Part shown: positions 26,684 to 35,037 of the stretch, piece by piece
Layout: the number at the start of each line of letters is the position of its first letter
Position numbering within the stretch: the stretch's first letter is position 1
Assembly (NCBI GenBank): GCA_049975265.1
Contig: JBNGDF010000025.1
Coordinates: forward strand, 1-35,037
DNA: 35,037 nucleotides
Source: Fidelibacterota bacterium
Lineage (GTDB): Bacteria; Fidelibacterota; UBA2242
Reading direction: 5' to 3'
Position numbers and translations under genes: made by a program
The notes under the pieces: generated by a model
The model's database searches: none
What the model saw: the letters and a program-made list of their open reading frames with translations, nothing else
Told to the model about the DNA's origin: nothing

Positions 26684-27607
26684 CTAAACCAGCCAATCTT
26701 TATTTTCGAAAACGACATCTGCCTTTTTCACCACAGCCGCACCGGTTACCGTATCCGCTCCGGCATAAATGACGACATAATCGGTTTCCGTTGCAACGGT
26801 GGCACAACTGAAAATCACATTCGGCACGAAACCATTAATTTCCCATTCCAACTCCGGTTCAAGCACCGGACGTGACTGGCGTGCCAGCACAGTCTCCGGA
26901 TTCTCATAGTCCAACAGCGCCACTCCCAATCGGTAAGCATTACTCTTATCAACCGCATGATAAATCAGCAGCCAGCCTCGGGGGTGCGGCACGGGTGGAC
27001 CGGCGATGCCGATACGCGTACACTGCCAGTCATCATCTATAATTTTCATGATGATCCGGTGATCTCTAAACGTTTTTAAGTCCCGGGTTCGCGCCAGCCA
27101 GATATTGGGATGCCGGCGGTGCAACAGTAGGTAATCTTCTCCGAATTTCGCCGGAAAAAAGGCGGAATTTTTATTCTCTTCATCCAATAATACCCCATGG
27201 CGCTGCCAATGAATTAAATCATCACTGGTCGCCAGACAGATTCGATAATCGCCGGGAAACCGACCGCCGAAGCCGGTATAGGTCATATAAAAGGTATCTC
27301 CAATTTTCACTATCCGCGGATCCTCCGGACCCCGCCATTCCTGAGGTACATCATTTCTTAAAATCGGTTCCGGGCGGCGCTCCCAATGCAGCAGGTCCCG
27401 ACTGGTGGCATAGCCCAGATTATTTATATATTCACCATATTTCTCATGTCCGCCGATGTTGGTCGCTCGATAAATATAGTGGTAAATGCCATTCTCATAT
27501 ACCGCTGCGCCGTTAAATACCGCGGCTGCTTCCCAAGGGTGTTCAAAAATTGGTTTCAGAACAGGTTCTTCCGATACGCGTGTCAGTTTGATCATACAGT
27601 TACCCAA
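26684..27607 (-). CDS. GH130 beta-mannoside phosphorylase (beta-1,2-mannobiose/oligomannan phosphorylase-like)
   Basis: AVFNGAA, YRA, GPEDPRI, YMTYT, NKNSAFFP, LLHRR, IGIAGPP, WLLIYH, YRLGVALLD, VPNVIFSC and GADT. No signal peptide. Alternative start at 27595. Confidence 0.88.
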   Translation of the reverse strand: MGNCMIKLTRVSEEPVLKPIFEHPWEAAAVFNGAAVYENGIYHYIYRATNIGGHEKYGEYINNLGYATSRDLLHWERRPEPILRNDVPQEWRGPEDPRIVKIGDTFYMTYTGFGGRFPGDYRICLATSDDLIHWQRHGVLLDEENKNSAFFPAKFGEDYLLLHRRHPNIWLARTRDLKTFRDHRIIMKIIDDDWQCTRIGIAGPPVPHPRGWLLIYHAVDKSNAYRLGVALLDYENPETVLARQSRPVLEPELEWEINGFVPNVIFSCATVATETDYVVIYAGADTVTGAAVVKKADVVFENKDWLV

Positions 27608-27610
27608 TCA

Positions 27611-28561
27611 TTACTCTGTTTCTGTGGTTAAAAATTCTTCCAGCTCACAGCGGGTCGGCAGACCGCTCATAGCTCCGAATCGCATCGCCGTCAAAGCACC
27701 GGCGGCATTTGCCCGATGCCCGATTGTGTACAGGTCATCACGTGATAATATTTCTGGTTTCTTGCCGAGATTTAAAATACCATCAATCAATGCCGCCATA
27801 AAGGCGTCGCCGCAACCGGTAGTATCGACGGCGTTTACGCGAAAACCGGGGATTTTCACTGTAAAATTACCGGTTTTTAATACACAGCCCTCTTTACCCA
27901 GAGTTATCGCGATGATTTGAGTTGCGGCAACATCCAGCGTTTCCAGTACCTCACCGAGGTCATCGCAATTACATAAAAATTTTGCCTCTTCAATATTCAT
28001 TTTCAGAATCTGCGCCTTTGAGGCAAAGGAGTTCAGGACTTTAAATGCATCCTTTTCTGAGCGCCAGAGTGATGAACGGTAGTTGGGATCGAAGGAAATC
28101 AGGCTGCCTGTTCCTGCTTTTTCGATAATTCGTTCAAATTCACGCCGGCTTTGGGGGTCGGTCAGCGCCAGAGAACCGAAGTGAATTACCTTTGCCCGCT
28201 TCAATATCGTTGCCAGAATATCCGCTGCCGTCAATGCCAGATCGGCAGGATGTTTTCCAAAAAACTCAAACGACCGTTCGCCCTGCTCATCTAATCGGAC
28301 AAAGGCTAAGCGGGTCTGCCGGTCTCTGTCCGTAGTTACACCATCCGTCCCGACGGAAGCCATCTCCAGGTGTTGACGTAGAAAACGACCAAAAGAATCA
28401 TCGCCCACCCGCCCGGTAAAACTGACAGCCTGACCGAGCCGCGCCAGACCGATGGCGACATTAGCCGGTGCTCCCCCCGGATATTGCCTGAAAATACCGG
28501 CTTCTTCTGAAATCAGGTCCACCAGTATTTCGCCAACACAGATAATGTCAGACTGTTTCAT
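27611..28561 (-). CDS. PfkB family carbohydrate kinase (fructokinase-like)
   Basis: GEILVD, PGGAPANVA, GRVGDDSFG, SFDPNYR and VDTTGCGDAF. Confidence 0.92.
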   Translation of the reverse strand: MKQSDIICVGEILVDLISEEAGIFRQYPGGAPANVAIGLARLGQAVSFTGRVGDDSFGRFLRQHLEMASVGTDGVTTDRDRQTRLAFVRLDEQGERSFEFFGKHPADLALTAADILATILKRAKVIHFGSLALTDPQSRREFERIIEKAGTGSLISFDPNYRSSLWRSEKDAFKVLNSFASKAQILKMNIEEAKFLCNCDDLGEVLETLDVAATQIIAITLGKEGCVLKTGNFTVKIPGFRVNAVDTTGCGDAFMAALIDGILNLGKKPEILSRDDLYTIGHRANAAGALTAMRFGAMSGLPTRCELEEFLTTETE

Positions 28562-29586
28562 AGGGAAAAACCTATTACCGTTTTCAGGCTTTTTCGCTGA
28601 ACCTGATTATCAAATGCTGACACTATTTCTGACAGTGCAAAGGCTCTGATATCAACATTGTTCAGATTAATTTTCAATTGTGTTACGAGATCCACAGCCG
28701 CCTGAAAGGTGAACGGGTTCAGAAAAGAACCGGTGATCGTGATATCATTTCGAAAAATATCATATGGTGCCACACCCCACAACTGGTCCGGTGGACTCAC
28801 CCCGAATATCACCAGCCTGCCGCCCCGTTTTAGCAATGTATAGGCTTGCTTTACCGTCGCTGCAGAACCTACACATTCGATTGCCACATCGGCACCGCCG
28901 GTGGTTATGTCCATTACTCTTTCGTAAAAATGCTCATCCTGTGGATCAAAAACCTGATCGGCACCCGCATCGGTCAGTAACTGTTGCCGATTTCGATCGG
29001 GTTCGACCAGGATAATCCGCTGTGCAGCAGATAAACGACACAGTTTCAGCATCAGCAGTCCAATCATACCACCGCCCACTATTACGACCGATTCACCACG
29101 CCGGATACCGGCTTTCTGAAATCCATAGAGAGCACACGAGAGCGGTTCCAGTAGCGCTGCATGGTAGGGATGAACCGTTTCGGGAATCGGATAGCACTGC
29201 TTCTCCGGAACAATGCAATACTCGGCAAAGCCCCCGTCAATATCCACTCCCAAAGCAATCAGATTCTCACAGAGCTGGAATTTTCCCGAACGACAAAATT
29301 GACACTGCCCGCAAACGATATTTGGATCAACCGCCACAAAATCGCCCTGTGTCAGATTTTCCACTCCGGCACCCGTTTTTGCGACTGTTCCGCAAAACTC
29401 ATGCCCCAGAATCACCGGTGGACTGGCCGCCGATTGTCCGGCGACAATCTTAATATCCGTACCGCAAACTCCGCACACCCGGACTTTTATTAGGACCTCA
29501 TTTGCTTTGATTTTCCGTAGCGGATGATCTGCGACCCTGAGATTGTTCCCGTCAAACAGCGCCGCCCTCATTTGCATTCCACGCAA
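28558..29586 (-). CDS. Zn-dependent medium-chain polyol dehydrogenase (mannitol/arabitol/sorbitol DH-like)
   Basis: CGVCGTD, GHE, structural Zn site CGQCQFC-x7-C and GGGMIG. ATGA overlap with the kinase. The exact start is uncertain (29586/29577/29571). Confidence 0.9.
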   Translation of the reverse strand: MRGMQMRAALFDGNNLRVADHPLRKIKANEVLIKVRVCGVCGTDIKIVAGQSAASPPVILGHEFCGTVAKTGAGVENLTQGDFVAVDPNIVCGQCQFCRSGKFQLCENLIALGVDIDGGFAEYCIVPEKQCYPIPETVHPYHAALLEPLSCALYGFQKAGIRRGESVVIVGGGMIGLLMLKLCRLSAAQRIILVEPDRNRQQLLTDAGADQVFDPQDEHFYERVMDITTGGADVAIECVGSAATVKQAYTLLKRGGRLVIFGVSPPDQLWGVAPYDIFRNDITITGSFLNPFTFQAAVDLVTQLKINLNNVDIRAFALSEIVSAFDNQVQRKSLKTVIGFSL

Positions 29587-29611
29587 TAGTACCTTCCCAA
29601 TCTACCCGGGA

Positions 29612-30430
29612 CTAATTTTTCAACCCCGTTGTCGCCATGCTCTCGATAAAATATCTCTGGAAAAAAGAATAGACAATTACAATCGGGATTGCCAGCAGGG
29701 CAGCCGCCGCCAGTTGCGCTCCGATCTGACTCTCCGCCTGTCCGCCAACTTTGAAAATCGTGACCATCTGCGGCATGGTCATCAGCTCGCGTACCCGGAC
29801 AACTATCAGGGGCCAGAGCACATCGTTCCAGCTGCCCATGAAAGATAGGATTCCCACTGTGATAATCACCGGTTTGGAGAGCGGAAAAAAGATGCGGAAC
29901 AATATTTTAATATCGCTGCAGCCGTCTATCCGCGCCGCATCAATCAGGTCCTGCGGAATATCCATAAAAAACTGGCGAAACAGCAAAATGCCGAATGGAC
30001 TGATCATGCCCGGCACGATCAGCGACAGATAGGTGTCCACCCAGCCAAATTTCACCATCAGGATATACATCGGGATCAGAGTAATCTGGAACGGAATCAC
30101 CATGGTAAACAAAATCACGCCGAAAATCAGTTCCCGACCGACAAATTTCAGCCGCGCCAGCGCATACCCGACAACAGACCCAAACAGAACCACCGACAGC
30201 GTCACACAGGTCGAAACGAAGATGCTGTTCAGCAAGGCGCGACCAATAGGAATTTTTTCAAAGACCGCCCGATAGTTCTCCAGACTAAAATTGGATGACC
30301 ACAAACCGATCTCGGCAATCTCCATCTCCGGTTTCAACGTTGCCGAGAGCATCCACAGAAAAGGATAGGCAAAGATTAGTCCGCCGACGGCAAGTGTCAA
30401 ATAGACCCAGATGCTGGTTTTCTTATTCAC
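29612..30430 (-). CDS. Carbohydrate ABC transporter permease (MalG-like)
   Basis: About six TM segments, EAA-like loop IPQDLIDAARIDG and WNDVLWPL. Confidence 0.95.
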   Translation of the reverse strand: MNKKTSIWVYLTLAVGGLIFAYPFLWMLSATLKPEMEIAEIGLWSSNFSLENYRAVFEKIPIGRALLNSIFVSTCVTLSVVLFGSVVGYALARLKFVGRELIFGVILFTMVIPFQITLIPMYILMVKFGWVDTYLSLIVPGMISPFGILLFRQFFMDIPQDLIDAARIDGCSDIKILFRIFFPLSKPVIITVGILSFMGSWNDVLWPLIVVRVRELMTMPQMVTIFKVGGQAESQIGAQLAAAALLAIPIVIVYSFFQRYFIESMATTGLKN

Positions 30431-30432
30431 GC

Positions 30433-31308
30433 TTAATCTCTCTCTACTACTTTTTTCTGGATTAGAATCACCATTAAAATTATTAAGGCAAAAAAGAAAC
30501 CCAGCGTTGCGGCATAGCCCATGTGACCGAAGTAAAACGCCTGATTGTAAATGTAAAGCATCGCCGACAATGTGCTGTTCATCGGTCCGCCGCCGGTCAT
30601 GACAAAAGGCTCGATAAAAAGCGAAAATCCGCCGATGGTAGATAAAATAATCACCAGCATCATCGTACTGTTTAACGCCGGAATCGTGATATAAAAAAAC
30701 CGCTGGATCGGACGGGCACCATCGATTTCCGCCGCCTCATAAAGATAGGCGGGAATGCCCTGTAAACCCACCAGAAATAGAATAATATACAGACCGACAT
30801 TTTTCCAGGTCGCCATAATCGCAATCGAGGGCATCGCCCATTCCGGACTATTGATCCAGGGAATCCGGGCAAAACCCAGTCTGGTGATAATCAAATTCAG
30901 CAAACCTGTTTCATAGGCATAGAGCTGCTCCCACAATATCGTAATGACCACTCCGGAAACAATGACCGGCAGGAAAAAGAGTGCCCGGAAAAATCCCCGG
31001 AACTTTATTTTTTTATTCAACTGAATGGCGAAAAACAGTGCCACTATAATTTGCAACGGAATGTGAATGGCCAGAAAAACCAGCGTGTTGCGCACGGACT
31101 TAAAGAACTGGACGTCATGAAACAGCCGCTCGAAATTCCGCAAACCTACCCATTCCATGGGCGTGATAACATTCCATTTGTGAAACACCAGCAAAAAAGA
31201 AAACGCCAGGGGAAAGGCGACAAACAGACAAAAATAGGTCACGTAGGGCAGACTCATCAAATAGCCGGCTTTGTCACTGGATTTAATTTTGCTTGTCAAA
31301 GTACTCAT
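30433..31308 (-). CDS. Carbohydrate ABC transporter permease (MalF-like)
   Basis: WVGLRNF, LYEAAEIDGA, MTGGGP and MGYAA. ATG 31308 gives an ATGA overlap with the SBP stop. Confidence 0.95.
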   Translation of the reverse strand: MSTLTSKIKSSDKAGYLMSLPYVTYFCLFVAFPLAFSFLLVFHKWNVITPMEWVGLRNFERLFHDVQFFKSVRNTLVFLAIHIPLQIIVALFFAIQLNKKIKFRGFFRALFFLPVIVSGVVITILWEQLYAYETGLLNLIITRLGFARIPWINSPEWAMPSIAIMATWKNVGLYIILFLVGLQGIPAYLYEAAEIDGARPIQRFFYITIPALNSTMMLVIILSTIGGFSLFIEPFVMTGGGPMNSTLSAMLYIYNQAFYFGHMGYAATLGFFFALIILMVILIQKKVVERD

Positions 31309-32663
31309 CGGGATCGGTTCCATTCTATGATGACGCTTGCCCGTTCAGCGGCATTCGCGACGGCAACCCGCGGATCACGGCGGTTAAAAATAGCGCACGC
31401 TTCATATTCCTGAGAAATGGCATCGAAAATCTCCTTCAGATCGGATACTCCGTCCATTCCGCGGGTATAGGGCGCCTGCTCAGCGAAAGCGACCAGGTTG
31501 GGATTCGCTTCGAAAAAATCCTGAAACAACGGATTCGTCAACAAATCAGTACGCAACGGCATCTGCAGCGTGTGCTCCAGCAGCTTTAAATCTGCTTCTG
31601 CCGTAACCAGATATTTTGCAAACTCGTAGGTGGCTTGCGGATGTTGGGTCGTACTGAATATCGAAATGTTCTTAAAATCACCAAATGTGTAGACCGGTCC
31701 CTCATAATCGTCGGGAACCGGAATGGGAAAAATCCCATACTCAAATCCGGGTGGTCGGAATTTCTCCACATGGGCTACATGCCAGGGTCCGGCAATTTGC
31801 GTGGCAATTTTCCCAAGTATAAAGGCATCACCGATAAAGGTCGTTTTAGCAAACAGCCCCTCTTTGTAAATCTGCTGAAACAGCGAAAATACTTTTACCG
31901 AAGCCTCATTGTCAAAAATGATTTTCGAGCCGTCAAAGAGGGTTTGACCCCCCGAAGCGGCGATGTAAAAGGTATAATAATCGAAAAAACGCTGCCACCA
32001 GATCGGCTTGGTGTCCCGGTGAGACAACCAGACATCCAGACTGCCGTCGCCATCAGTATCACGGGTGATTTTTCGTCCGGCTTCAAGGAACTCCGTGTAA
32101 GTGCGGGGCACTTTCGCCACACCGGCGTCACGAAATAACCCTTTGTTGTAAATAATCATAATAGGATTCGATTTCCAGGGAATCTGGTAGAAATGTCCGT
32201 CGGGCGCGCGAAAAGTTACCAGTAGGTCGGCGGGCACACGTTGTGAAATGAATTCGAGAAAGTCGGGATACTGATCCAGCCGAACCAATCCACCGGAAGC
32301 GATAAAATCATCCATGGCGCCGGGCCACATGTTGGAGCAGATATCCGGCGTGGTACCAGCTGCAATCGCTGCCAGCAGGACCTCTTCCGATGATTGGCTG
32401 GCGGGAATGGGCTGCAGCTGCACCTTGATGCTGTCATGATCTGCATTCCATTGCTCAACCAGATACGTCGCCAGATTGATTTCGTCCTGGTTTGAAGAGC
32501 ACCAGTAAGTGATCCGGACGCCGGACCTGGCAATCTGCCTCTCTTTACGTCTTTGAGTACATTGCGGAAAAGAAATCCAAATTAATATCATACCGCAAAT
32601 CAGCATTCGAAGAAGCATTGATTTGCTGATACTAGTCTTTTTTCTCATCGGTAAAAAGCTCAT
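31305..32663 (-). CDS. Carbohydrate ABC transporter substrate-binding protein (SBP family 1)
   Basis: Signal/lipoprotein-like N-terminus (..ISFPQC). AIAAGTTPDI, YQIPW...YNKGLF..AG and GPW motifs. Confidence 0.93.
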   Translation of the reverse strand: MSFLPMRKKTSISKSMLLRMLICGMILIWISFPQCTQRRKERQIARSGVRITYWCSSNQDEINLATYLVEQWNADHDSIKVQLQPIPASQSSEEVLLAAIAAGTTPDICSNMWPGAMDDFIASGGLVRLDQYPDFLEFISQRVPADLLVTFRAPDGHFYQIPWKSNPIMIIYNKGLFRDAGVAKVPRTYTEFLEAGRKITRDTDGDGSLDVWLSHRDTKPIWWQRFFDYYTFYIAASGGQTLFDGSKIIFDNEASVKVFSLFQQIYKEGLFAKTTFIGDAFILGKIATQIAGPWHVAHVEKFRPPGFEYGIFPIPVPDDYEGPVYTFGDFKNISIFSTTQHPQATYEFAKYLVTAEADLKLLEHTLQMPLRTDLLTNPLFQDFFEANPNLVAFAEQAPYTRGMDGVSDLKEIFDAISQEYEACAIFNRRDPRVAVANAAERASVIIEWNRSR

Positions 32664-32673
32664 CTAATTCGAT

Positions 32674-35037
32674 TTAAAATACAAGTTGCAATTCGACTTT
32701 TTCGGTTGTATGGCTCACCTCCAACCGAATTTCTTTGAATTGATTATGATTCACCAGCTCCCATTTCGGAAAATCTCTCCCGTTAACCGAAACGGCTGTC
32801 GGTGCCGTCGGCGCAATAATGACAGTTTGATGGGAATGTCCGGGACAGGCTCGCAAGGATATTGTCAGACACTGGTTGGTCCACGAACAGGATTCCAGAA
32901 TCGCTCCGGTGCTGCTCAGGCAAGGGTGATGTGGTGTTCCCAATCTGACATCCACGTGCCGGATATCCGGAAATATTTCCGGAAATACAAGCGAGGCTGC
33001 CGGTTTTCCATCGAATCGAATTTCTGCAACCTCATCACCTTGACCATCAATTCTGACTAAAAGAGGTTTACCATCCACAAACAGCGTAAATTCAACCGCT
33101 TTCTGATCCTTGGGTAAAAACGGGTCTAAAGCAATATTCCAGTCATTTTCACGCACTCCGTACAGATGATAGAGGCAATTCAGATACCAGCCCGCCGCCC
33201 ATAAAAACTGCGGCTTGTCCACACTACCGTACTCCGCCGGATTCTCTTTGTTGGCGTTTCGGACTTCATAATACGCCGGCTGACCATTTGGACCGTTCAT
33301 GATACCGTGTAATGATATCGTCTGAGCAATGAAATCGGCTGCCGCCTGCTTCTCATTATTGGAGATCAGCGCCAGAGCATACCAGGCATTACCCTGCGTC
33401 CAGACGCCGCCATTGAAATAATAATACTTCGCACCGGCTTCATTACCGACAAACTGCATAAAATCGCCCCACTTTTCAAAATCCATGGGAAAGGCATTGT
33501 AGATACCAACTATCGGATCAACCATTCTGGATGTTGCGGTTTTCACCAGACGATCGCGCTTATTGGCATCCAAAAAACCATAATGCGCCGCCAGCAGGGA
33601 GCCGATATAGTAGTGCTTGTCCAGCGTTCCGTCATTATGATAATTCACCAGAAAGTTCATCTCTTCATGCCACAATTTCTCCACCAGCGCCATCTGCACG
33701 GCGTCCGCTAATTTCCGGTATTTTTCAACCAGCTCAGAATTTTTATCCAAAACAGTAGAAATGTAAATGTAATCCCGCAGACTCTTAATCGCCAGAATCG
33801 TCATGTAGGTTCGCGGTCCGTAATTGTGCCCGATGTCCCACCAGTCCGGACGATACGACCACATCAGATGATCATCTTCAAGCGTCAGCAAAGAACGTTC
33901 GATACTTTTTGTTATGAAAGGATAGAGCGTTCCGAGGAATGTCCGGTCGCCGGAATGACGCAGATATTTGGCGCTCACTTGCACAAACCAAAAATTGTTC
34001 CAGTTGTCGGAGCTGGCGTATTCGGTCACATATTTGCTATCTTTCCAGTAGTAGGCATGCAGAATGATATGGTTTTCATCGGCATGCCGGATAATATAAT
34101 CCAGGTCGCGCCTTACCCGTTCCGGCTCGTAATTTACCGCCGCCAGATCGGTTACCTGAACATCGTGAGTGAAATAAAAATTATATTCCGCCGGGCAGGG
34201 CATGGGTACAATTTCACCGTCCAGATAATGGGCATTGGCTGCCAGCACCGCTTTGGCATACGCTACGGAATGGGCGGTCTCCGGCGAACCGGTTTTCAGG
34301 ACGCTTTTTCCCAGAGCCTGTTCATTGACGAATTTTTCATACCGGTCAATTTCCGCCGGGTAATTTTTGCGGAGATATTCGACGATAGTCTTACTTTCAT
34401 TTGGCTTAGACGAACCGATAATCTGGACGATATTCAGCGCTTTGCCGGGTTGTAATTTTTTTCCATAAATAAATCCGGCATAAGGCGGCTGGTCCGGCGC
34501 GGCACTGGCACATTCCACCGGCAACTCGCCAGCATTAGCAACAAAAACCACTGCCGAATCGGCGTCGGCTTCCTTAAATTCGGTACAAATCGTATTGTCA
34601 TCAATCTCCATATCAGCCCGCTCGATCCAGCGAAAGGTATGGCAGGTACGAATCGAAGTCCGCAGTTGCGTTCCAAATTGAAAATTTTGCGATTTGGTGG
34701 AGGTATTGACGATACGGATACTGAGCACCATGGCTGGTTTCTCATGGCAAAAGCGGTAATCGGCTTTTATAGAGTAGTTCTCGCTATTATCATGAAAACT
34801 GACCGCATAGGGCGTCAGGTCAAATTCGGCTGGCTCTTTGCCAATATCAATCGCCGGAGAATCGCCGATCTGCAACATCCAGTCCGCCACAAAAGAGGTG
34901 TCCCGCGTCCAGTAATCGTGGCTATGATCAATGCTGTTCGCCACCGGATAGAAAAAGCTGATCCGCTGAGGAATCATGCAACTGTGATGAAACGAAACCC
35001 CAACATAGGGACCGCCGACTTCGATCTTGGCATTGCC
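32674..35037 (-). CDS. Uncharacterised large (alpha/alpha)6-barrel glycoside hydrolase-like protein (GDE/GH63/GH78/GH116-like fold), 5'-partial
   Basis: The frame stays open past 34977 to the window edge (GNAKIEVGGPYVGVSFHHSC-MIPQ). The helical core has YLRHSGDRTFL..LYP, PDWWD, KLWHEE, YYFNGGVW and QFLWAAG. Confidence 0.72.
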   Translation of the reverse strand, partial: GNAKIEVGGPYVGVSFHHSCMIPQRISFFYPVANSIDHSHDYWTRDTSFVADWMLQIGDSPAIDIGKEPAEFDLTPYAVSFHDNSENYSIKADYRFCHEKPAMVLSIRIVNTSTKSQNFQFGTQLRTSIRTCHTFRWIERADMEIDDNTICTEFKEADADSAVVFVANAGELPVECASAAPDQPPYAGFIYGKKLQPGKALNIVQIIGSSKPNESKTIVEYLRKNYPAEIDRYEKFVNEQALGKSVLKTGSPETAHSVAYAKAVLAANAHYLDGEIVPMPCPAEYNFYFTHDVQVTDLAAVNYEPERVRRDLDYIIRHADENHIILHAYYWKDSKYVTEYASSDNWNNFWFVQVSAKYLRHSGDRTFLGTLYPFITKSIERSLLTLEDDHLMWSYRPDWWDIGHNYGPRTYMTILAIKSLRDYIYISTVLDKNSELVEKYRKLADAVQMALVEKLWHEEMNFLVNYHNDGTLDKHYYIGSLLAAHYGFLDANKRDRLVKTATSRMVDPIVGIYNAFPMDFEKWGDFMQFVGNEAGAKYYYFNGGVWTQGNAWYALALISNNEKQAAADFIAQTISLHGIMNGPNGQPAYYEVRNANKENPAEYGSVDKPQFLWAAGWYLNCLYHLYGVRENDWNIALDPFLPKDQKAVEFTLFVDGKPLLVRIDGQGDEVAEIRFDGKPAASLVFPEIFPDIRHVDVRLGTPHHPCLSSTGAILESCSWTNQCLTISLRACPGHSHQTVIIAPTAPTAVSVNGRDFPKWELVNHNQFKEIRLEVSHTTEKVELQLVF

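Noticed and set aside
5324..34745. Numerous short alternative-frame and antisense ORFs in the track (e.g. 11281-11934, 13589-14176, 33826-34455)
   Set aside because: They lie within well-supported genes and show no recognisable motifs, so they are shadow ORFs.

Overview
35-kb bacterial window. The T9SS-type C-terminal domains, PorV/PorQ barrel and CarboxypepD-type TonB receptor suggest an FCB-related lineage such as KSB1/Calditrichota/Marinimicrobia/Ignavibacteria; this is inference. Almost all genes are on the minus strand. In transcription order (right to left): (D) 25.5-35 kb, a sugar catabolic operon with an uncharacterised (alpha/alpha)6 glycoside hydrolase cut by the window edge, an ABC binding protein and 2 permeases, a Zn polyol dehydrogenase, a PfkB kinase, a GH130 and an uncharacterised lipoprotein. 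(C) A lone plus-strand clan GH-J (GH32/GH68-like) gene. (B) A membrane-anchored sugar-binding protein, an atypical histidine kinase and a sigma54 activator. (A) A PUL-like module without SusD: Na+/sugar symporter, GH3, multi-CBM CTD protein, TonB-dependent receptor, ~1150-aa CTD protein, PorV/PorQ barrel and a truncated PPIase-like lipoprotein. Module A has two near-identical sigma54-like promoters (TTGGCnTGnTTTTTGT). Each has a tandem pair of TTATY-N5-RATAA palindromes upstream, and a fifth copy lies in the regulator's own leader. The left ~5.2 kb is an AT-richer decaying region: a deletion-scarred C25 (gingipain-like) pseudogene, an unannotated TolB/CTD remnant and an intact LRR protein with an internal CTD-like domain. 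No rRNA, tRNA, CRISPR or transposase was seen.
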